Source: Hydrolagus colliei (taxonomy: Eukaryota). From it: a stretch of 64,000 bases of DNA. A model generated the notes under the pieces. It was not told the DNA's origin. It made no database searches and was given only the letters and a program-made list of their open reading frames with translations. How positions within the stretch are numbered: position 1 is the first letter of the stretch; each line of letters begins with the position of its first letter. Of this stretch, positions 58,001 to 64,000 are shown one piece after another. A program made the translations under genes and the position numbers. The stretch covers positions 15,810,001-15,874,000 of the forward strand of contig CM068757.1 in assembly GCA_035084275.1 (NCBI GenBank). The letters run 5' to 3'.

Positions 58001-61000
58001 GTCCTTCAATGGGGTGTCCTTAGGCTTAGTTGGGGTTAACAAATTCTTCACTGTTTCATACACATCGGGACCCACTTCTGTCAGAAAGATTGCTCTCATT
58101 CTTTCTTGCACTGCTGTATTTACACTTCCAGAATTATCTTCAGCAGCTTCAATTTCAACAATATTATTGGCAGCAAAGAACATCTCCAAACGCTCAATCT
58201 AAGCACTAAACATTTCCCGGCTTTGTTGAAACTCACCCAATTGTCCGATGTATCCGATGGGAGTCTTCATTTGGGGATTTTTTTTATCAGTACCACCACA
58301 CGTGAACACAAACCTTACTGGATTTGTAGCTCTCAATCAAAATGAAAGTATTCACAGACCTCTAGGCACTTTGTAGAGACCTTCTCCTACAAACAGACAT
58401 AGCTAGGGAATCCACTATCCCATCCTCATCACCAATTTGTGATATATCTGGGACTACAAGTATCAGAAACGTTCAGGCTGCAATGTTATGGAAAACAACT
58501 GCACATATCATGTGGTTTATTTACATTTCTATACACTGGTCAGCAGATGGCACTCTCACAAACCTGAAGTTTCTTTTGAAATTGGATGATGCTTTAGGAG
58601 AACTGCACATTATACTTGTGCACCAGATCATTTTTGCTAAGCAATCTCTCTTTTCCAATGTTGTCAACAGCATTCACCACAGAGCCATCGACAACCTTCT
58701 CTACAACCACAGGTAGTTGTGTTATTATCAGTCCTGGAAACCTTGGCAAACTTCACTTCAATACAGAGTCCTCGTAAAAATAGCCACTATGATAACTTAT
58801 CCTCTATTTCTACTGCAATTTGATGCAATATATTTCTCATCATTGTATTCTAACACCAACAACTGCAACAGCAGCAGCCCCCACTACAATAACAGGTAAA
58901 CAAAGAACAAATTCCAACTCTCCATTCCAGAACAAACATCTTATTAACTATAAACTTCCATTGTATATTTGCCATCCTGTAAGAATGCAGCCTCTATGAT
59001 CATTACACAAACGATGTGTCCTGTCCCTTATGTCCTACTGGATTCACATGGACCACATTTTTAAATGTACGTTAGATATTGGGTTTCTTTCGTCTTGTTA
59101 TTGGTGATGGAGGGAAACAGCTGATATTAATCCTGCAGCAGTCACCAGCTTCTACCCATTTTATGGTTAGTGCCCGGCAGACATCACTTCCAAATCTTGT
59201 TGAATGTATAACCACAGGAATTGTGCCACTAACTATTCAAAGGAGCCTCTTCGTGCGATGTTCCGACTTGCTTCATTCATTCACTCATGTTTTTCGACTC
59301 AATTGTACATCCTTCTATTTACTGCAGGCGATGTCCAGAACACACCAGCAAGTAAGTGTTGTCTTCACACACCTTGTGCTACGGGGATCTAGGAAGATAT
59401 TAAACAGATGATTAATTTGATCTTGAGGGGTTTATCTTTTGAAACTCGATGAATGATTTAGCAGACTTGAACATCAGACATGTGCACAAGATCACATTTG
59501 CTAAGCAATGCCTCTTATCTAATATTGTCAGCAGCATTCCCCACAGAGTCTTCGACAACATTCTCTACAACAACAGGTATTTGTGAAATTGTCAGTCTTG
59601 GTGCCTTCATCAATCTTTACTTTGATACAAAACAGCAACCATCATATGCTAACCTCGAATTCTGTTGAAGGTTGATGCAATATATTTCTCCTCAACTTCT
59701 TACTTTCTAGCAACAACAACTAAAACATCAACAACCCCCTCTACGACAGCAGCTAAACAAAGAATAACTTCCAACTCTACATTTCCTGAGCAAACATCTA
59801 CTTGATTGTCTTCACATTTCTCTATTACAGTCACAATCGCCCTCCTTTAACTCATTGTTGTCTCATTCTCTACGATTTTCACAGGATGCGCACGCATGTC
59901 TTCATCAACAACCACCACTGAAACTGGTGAGGAACAGCACATTTCTACAGACGCAACTGTTACATATCACATAGAGAAATCAGGCTACAAGAATCCTGCC
60001 ATTGGCTTTGCCCAGAACAGCAGCCACTCTCCCAGTATCAATGCCAAACACTAGCTCAAACTTCAGCTTCAAGCAACTGAAAGAGGAGAATCATCTGAAG
60101 CATTCAGTCCGATTGCTCCACATTGATTCCTTCAAATTCTCACTTTAGAGCAACATCAGTGCTCTAAATTCAACTACTTGAATTACCCATGCACACTTTG
60201 TCCAGAGCAGTCTCCAATGCCCATTTTTCCATTGATACTATGTTGAATGGAAACACTTGAAGCTTGCTTCTGGAGATTCCTGGAAGAATCCTTTTCAAGA
60301 AGCAGCACAGCTGCTAATGAACAACACACCTGGCACTGCCACATTGCCTCTATTGTGTATCAATAGCAGCAGTAAACCACATCACCAGCCACTCCATTTT
60401 CTTTCACTGCTGTGACATTAATTGTGCCCATTCATGCTGCTAACTCCATTGAAAGATAAACACTGGCTGAAAGAATCACATTCCTTTCTGTGCTTTCCAA
60501 TCTTTCCAACTTTCTATTCCAACAGAAACATCAACAGCCACGACTTCGACATCAGGTACACAAAGAGCAGAAGCTTCTCTCCTCCCATTTGTGGTGCAAA
60601 CTTCCATTATCTATTTGCCATCCTGTAAGAATGTAGCCCCTATGAGCATTAGACTAATGATATGACCTTTCCCTTATGTCCTGTTGGAATCACATGGACC
60701 ACTTTTTTAGATATTGGGTTTCTTTCTTCTTGTTAGTGCTGATGGAGTTAAACAGCCAATTTTAACCCTGTGGTAGATACCAGCTTCTACCCGTTACCTG
60801 ATAACCACTGTGCCATAAACATTTCCAAATCTTGTTGCGGGCATAACCACAGGAATTGTGCCAATAGACATTGAAAGGAGACTCTTAGCATGATGCTGTA
60901 ACTTGCCTCATTCATTTACGTTTTTCCACTCAATTGTAAAACCTTCGATGTACTGCAGACATTGTCATGGAAACACCAATAAGAAAGTTGTGTATTCACA

Positions 61001-61207
61001 CAGCTAGCACTACCAGGATGTAGAACGATATCAAACAGATAATTCAATTGAACTTGAAGGGATTTTCTTTTGAAATTTGATGAGTGATTTAGGAGAACTG
61101 CACATTATTCTTGTGCACCAGATCACTTTTGCTAAGCAATGTCTCTTTTCCAATGTTGTCAGCAGAATTCACCACAGAGCCATCGACAACCTTCTCTACA
61201 ACAACAG
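1023..61207 (+). CDS. Putative multi-exon mucin-like (PTS-rich) gene segment built from tandemly amplified phase-1 micro-exons; both gene ends lie outside the window
   Basis: Repeated pyrimidine-tract+AG ... G|GT-bounded segments of 24/27/30/39/42/45 nt, separated by 130-660 nt. In unit 2958-5411, joining 2958-2999, 3657-3686, 3942-3968, 4510-4554, 4798-4824, 4987-5010, 5194-5235 and 5370-5411 gives 279 nt = GCARMSSSTTTTET-ETSTATTLIS-ADTSFYPLP-APTTTTTTAAPTTIT-AVTSFYPFY-GSVRNTAP-TFPTESSTTFSTTT-ATTTKTSTTPSTTS with no stop. Expression not shown. Confidence 0.6.
2063..2101 (+). CDS. Micro-exon type A variant (39 nt, APTTTTSTIPSTP)
   Basis: cttcttactttctAG|caccaaca...cagtacaccag|GTaagc; one codon shorter than the 42-nt type, frame preserved. 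Confidence 0.6.
2128..2775 (+). mobile_element. L2-type (CR1/L2 clade) non-LTR retrotransposon 3' fragment, decayed
   Basis: Broken frames read HLHNIA*LHHYL...AETLIHVLLTSRL, LQIIQNSA, LHGLGPPY, PLRS, GGRAF*HSAPNLCNS, SFKSRLKTLLF, matching the L2 ORF2 C-terminus; C-rich. Confidence 0.85.
2958..2999 (+). CDS. Micro-exon type D (42 nt, GCARMSSSTTTTET)
   Basis: ctctacggtttccacAG|gatgcgca...gaaactg|GTgagg; about 18 copies in the window (e.g. 5544-5585). Confidence 0.6.
3219..3503 (+). pseudogene. Probable dead 285-nt phase-1 exon (ATSENTLTQCSATLFTPITVVATLTAFDSTTRIT...VSTAA)
   Basis: Follows ttccttcaaattctcactttagAG; Thr/Ser/Ala-rich start; in-frame TGA and TAG; ends cagcag-taaac, i.e. the usual cag|gtaaac donor lacking one G. 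Confidence 0.4.
3657..3686 (+). CDS. Micro-exon type C (30 nt, ETSTATTLIS; ETSTATTSTS in other copies)
   Basis: Long pyrimidine tract ctttccaatctttccaactttctattccgacAG|aaacatca...gatatcag|GTataa. Confidence 0.6.
3942..3968 (+). CDS. Micro-exon type H (27 nt, ADTSFYPLP), weak donor
   Basis: ttttatccctgcAG|cagatacc...ttacctg|GTgacc; paralogue of type G. Confidence 0.35.
4333..4374 (+). pseudogene. Type F micro-exon with donor mutated GT>TT in the 2586-bp unit
   Basis: gtcagcAG|cattcacc...accacag|TTattt, versus GTattt/GTagtt in copies 1023-1064, 9476-9517, 28433-28474. Confidence 0.5.
4510..4554 (+). CDS. Micro-exon type B (45 nt, APTTTTTTAAPTTIT)
   Basis: cattacattctAG|caccaaca...caataacag|GTaaac; all Thr codons fall in one frame. 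Confidence 0.65.
4798..4824 (+). CDS. Micro-exon type G (27 nt, AVTSFYPFY)
   Basis: ttaatcctgcAG|cagtcacc...ttttatg|GTtagt; also 1491-1517. Confidence 0.4.
4987..5010 (+). CDS. Micro-exon type I (24 nt, GSVRNTAP; GDVQDSPP / GDVQNTPA in variants)
   Basis: ccttctatttactgcAG|gcagtgtc...gcaccaa|GTAAGT (full consensus intronic donor hexamer); also 1680-1703. Confidence 0.55.
5194..5235 (+). CDS. Micro-exon type E (42 nt, or 45 nt via NAGNAG; xFPTESSTTFSTTT)
   Basis: ctaatattgtCAGCAG|cattcccc...caacaacag|GTattt; also 1887-1928. Confidence 0.6.
5370..5411 (+). CDS. Micro-exon type A (42 nt, ATTTKTSTTPSTTS)
   Basis: ttctcctcaacttcttactttctAG|caacaaca...gacatcag|GTaaac; also 9653-9694. Confidence 0.65.
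13956..13997 (+). CDS. Divergent type A/B micro-exon (42 nt, APTTATSTIPTTTT)
   Basis: ctttttattttgcAG|caccaaca...acaacag|GTaaac; different upstream intron sequence but same length and phase; second copy near 42125-42166. Confidence 0.6.
28620..28741 (-). repeat. 3' LTR of Gypsy copy 2
   Basis: tgtgatatctctgggactaca...gatggcgctatcacg aligns to 33213-33335. Confidence 0.9.
28742..28755 (-). promoter_or_regulatory. Polypurine tract
   Basis: Minus strand AAGGAGGGAGGAGC immediately before the 3' LTR. Confidence 0.8.
28900..30301 (-). pseudogene. pol: Gypsy integrase, fragmented
   Basis: WGARVVIP...LH, core GFPEEIVSDNGPQF and YHPALNGASER (read from reverse of ~29650-29800), YRKTLHTTTGRTPA, WVPG...GPRTY. 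Confidence 0.88.
28946..28999. repeat. 2 x 27-bp tandem duplication near the end of Gypsy pol
   Basis: ttttaggactcatggtagcactcggac / ttttagaactcatggtaacactcggac; present in all 3'-containing copies. Confidence 0.85.
30347..31695 (-). pseudogene. pol: Gypsy reverse transcriptase / RNase H, fragmented
   Basis: PRPVPY, IRICGDYK, RLPFGVASSPGIFQ, YLDD, LRSFLGLLNYY, ACDA, EREALA, NADAMSR across several broken ORFs. Confidence 0.93.
31874..32167 (-). pseudogene. pol: Gypsy aspartic protease fragment
   Basis: MEVDTGAAVSVV active-site motif. Confidence 0.9.
32230..33052 (-). pseudogene. gag: Gypsy gag with two zinc knuckles, disrupted
   Basis: MKTPIGYIGQLGEF...*IERLEMFF...LRDRFVC; CYRCLGSHPAQSC and *YSCHKTGHLAKAC; internal stops. 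Confidence 0.85.
33190..33209 (-). promoter_or_regulatory. Primer-binding site for tRNA-Ser(GCT)
   Basis: + strand GAATCCCATCCTCGTCGCCA matches, from recall, the 3' end (with CCA) of metazoan tRNA-Ser(GCT); 3 nt from the LTR. Confidence 0.88.
33213..33335 (-). repeat. 5' LTR of Gypsy copy 2
   Basis: TGTGAtat...ctcTCACA terminal inverted repeat; adjacent to PBS. Confidence 0.9.
33336..46357. repeat. Tandem array block 2: about 5 units; its start duplicates block 1 at offset 32423
   Basis: ORFs 835->33258, 2495->34918, 6139->38562 and 7725->40148 are all +32423 with essentially identical translation. Confidence 0.97.
34551..35198 (+). mobile_element. Second copy of the same L2 fragment (+32423)
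   Basis: Same sequence and flanks as 2128-2775. Confidence 0.85.
46358..51065 (-). mobile_element. Gypsy copy 3 (4708 bp), decayed
   Basis: Same domains and flanks as copy 2; LTRs 46358-46479 and 50943-51065. Confidence 0.96.
53853..58560 (-). mobile_element. Gypsy copy 4 (4708 bp), decayed
   Basis: Copy 3 + 7495; identical ORF translations; 5' LTR 58438-58560. Confidence 0.96.
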
Positions 61208-61352
61208 GTATTTGTGTTATTGTCAGTCCTGGTGCCTTCGTCAACCTTCAATTCAAAACAGTGTCCTCGTAAATATAGCCACTATGATATCTTAACCACT
61301 ATTGCTACTGAAAGTTGCTGCAATATATTAAACAGATGATTGAATTGAACTG

Positions 61353-64000
61353 TGTGATATCTCTGGGACTACAATTATCACACATGTTCACGCTGCAATG
61401 TTCTGGGAAACGACTGCACACATCATGTGATTTATTTACATTTATTTCCACGGTCACTAGATGGCGCTATCACGGCTCCTCCCTCCTTAATGAAGAAATT
61501 ATGAAAAAGTTACAATTACTGACATTCAAAACACGATGCTATGTACAATTGTTTTTCTACATATGTACAATTTATAAATACATACGTACAATTTATGTAT
61601 ATTATCATGTTCAAACTGTGACACATCCAATGAAAATTCAAACTTGACTTCTGGTTTCCTACTTTCCCTGTCCAAAAGTTTTAGGACTCATGGTAGCACT
61701 CGGACTTTTAGAACTCATGGTAACACTCGGACTTGCCATGTGTCCAGTCTGGTATTCATCTTGACTTTCACTCCTAGTCTCCAGTTACTCAGTCAGGCTC
61801 TTGACTATCACCTGGAACTAAACCCTCACCTTCATTCACACTTGAATTCTGGTTTTCTGTTAAGTCCTCTGTTACCATTACTGACTTGTTCATTGGTCTA
61901 AAACTATTTGGTTGATTAGATTTATCCATTTCTCTCCACTCTTCCGGTACTTGTGTAGGTAAGATGTGATCAATATGGACAAATCTGAGTTTGCCACTTT
62001 CAAACATCCTGACCAAATAGGTGCGCGGTCCACATACTTTCACTAATCTTCCTGGTACCCACTTTACCCATTTGTGATGATGGTTCTTCACTTTAACTTT
62101 TTTATTTATCTCCATCTTTCTGTCTTTCACCCTTACTCCATCATGGTTCTCTCTCTGCCTCTCCTGTTTTCCATCTACCGTTTGTGCTAAATTGGGATAC
62201 AACAATGAAAATCTTGTTCTCGGGTGTCTTTTTAGGAACACGTCAGCCGGTGTTCTGCCTGTAGTGGTGTGAAGTGTCTTACGATACGTTATCAGAAAGT
62301 TGGCTGGTTTGTGAGGCAATGATAATTGACTTTGGGGTTGCATCTCGCATTTGCTAACCTAGCGTCCGTTTGACAATTTGCACATTGCGCTCCGAAGCAC
62401 CATTCAAAGCTGGATGGTATGCAGCTACTCTAGTGTGCTTCACACCATTCTTTTCCATGCATTGCGCGAACTCTTCTGAACAGAACTGTGGTCCATTGTC
62501 AGACACGATTTCCTCTGGAAATCCATATGAAGCAAACGACCCTCTAACAATATCCAGTTTTGCTAGATATTGTTGTGTTCATCGGAAACACCTCAACCCA
62601 CTTGGAATGACAATGTATCACAATGAACAACTACTATCCATCTAGATCAGCAAAATCTATCTGTAACCTTTGCCACACTCTGGCTGGCCATTTCCAGGAC
62701 CGTAGTGGTACTGTTAGTGGACTCCTTCCAACCGACTCACATACACTACACTGTTTTACTGTGTTTTCAATGTATTTATCCAACCCTGGCCACCATAAGT
62801 AGTTCTAGCTAGACTCTTGGTCAGACACATCCCTCGGTGTTGATCATGAAGATCACCGAAAAACTGTTCTCTGTACCTTTCAGGGATAACAACTCTAGCT
62901 CCCCACATGACACATCCTTGGTCATTTGACAATTCATGTCTCCTAACAAAGTATGGCCTAATTTCTTCTTCTGTCTCAGTTATATGACTAGGCCACCCAC
63001 TCACAATATAGTCATGCACCTTGGATAAAACCCTGTCCCTACGAGTTGTCTTGCTGATGTCACTTGATGTGACTGGCAGCTCCTCAATATGGGAAAAATA
63101 GAACACATCTTCCCTGTTGGATTTCATTTCTGATGCTAAGGGTAACTTCGACATTGCATCGGCATTACCATGGTCTGCTGACCTACGATATTGTAAGTCA
63201 TACTGGTATGCTGACAAGATCAATGAACATCTTTGCATTCTGGCTGCTGCTAGAGTAGGTACCTGTGATTTTGGATTTAGGATTGCTGTCAAAGGTTTAT
63301 GGTCTGTTTCAATGATGAATTTGCGACCATACAGTATTTGTGGAATCTCCTAGCTCCAAAAATCAAGGCCAAAGCTTCTCTCTCTATTTGGGCGTAGTTT
63401 TTCTCACGACTACTCAGGGTTCTAGAAGCGAACGCCCCTGTTTCAAATGCATCAGAGATAACTGCACCAACCCCGTATGGGGGGGCGTCACATGCTAGGC
63501 TTGATGGTCTTTGTGACATCATAGTGTACCAGCATTGTACCATCTATTAGATGTTTTTTACACGACTTGAAAGCCTGGTCACATTCACGTGTCCATTTAC
63601 ATGGCACATCTTTCTTCAAAAGCTCATCCGAGGGGTGTATAAAGGTTGACAAATTTGGAATGAATTTTCCATAATAATTCAACAATCCCAAGAATGATCG
63701 TAGCTCAGATGTGTTTCTGGGAATGGGCGCGTTCCTGATCGCATTGACCTTACTCTGAGTTGGGTGCAACCCATCTTTGTCTACCTTGAGCCCTAGGTAC
63801 TCTAAAGACTCTTTAAACATCTCACATTTGTGAGCCTTGACGCATACTTGGAGTTTCTCTAACCTTTGTTACACCATGTGTAGCCTTTCGTCATCAACCT
63901 GCCTATTTGGCGCAGAGATGACTATGTCATCAAGGTAGCATATTACCCCATCGATTCCCTCTAGAATCTGAGTCATGAACCCTTGGAAAATTCCTGGGCT
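61353..64000 (-). mobile_element. Gypsy copy 5, 3' half (3' LTR, IN, RH, part of RT), cut by window end
   Basis: Copy 4 + 7500; identical ORF translations. Confidence 0.95.

Larger units (their letters stand above)
46358..64000. repeat. 7.5-kb higher-order tandem repeat (Gypsy 4.7 kb + 2.8 kb micro-exon cassette), about 2.4 copies
   Basis: ORFs 46794/54289/61789 and 46320/53815/61315 recur at +7495 and +7500. Confidence 0.97.

Overview
Eukaryotic (metazoan, probably fish-like) DNA with no prokaryotic features. Nearly all of the window is a hierarchical tandem array with periods of ~1.70, 2.586, 4.288, 7.5 and 32.4 kb. It carries five copies (two cut by the window edges) of one decayed Mag-type Ty3/Gypsy LTR retrotransposon on the minus strand, always at the same site, plus two copies of an L2-type LINE 3' fragment. 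The main observation is that the 'satellite' looks like the exon-intron scaffold of a mucin-like gene on the + strand. Each 2.586-kb unit holds 8-9 AG/GT-bounded micro-exons of 24-45 nt. All are multiples of 3 and phase 1-1, and they splice into a stop-free 93-aa peptide that is ~62% Thr/Ser/Pro. Individual copies carry splice-site knockouts. Whether the gene is expressed or is a decaying, gene-derived macrosatellite cannot be settled from sequence alone. No start, stop or globular-domain exon lies in the window. Most ORFs in the supplied track are artefacts.
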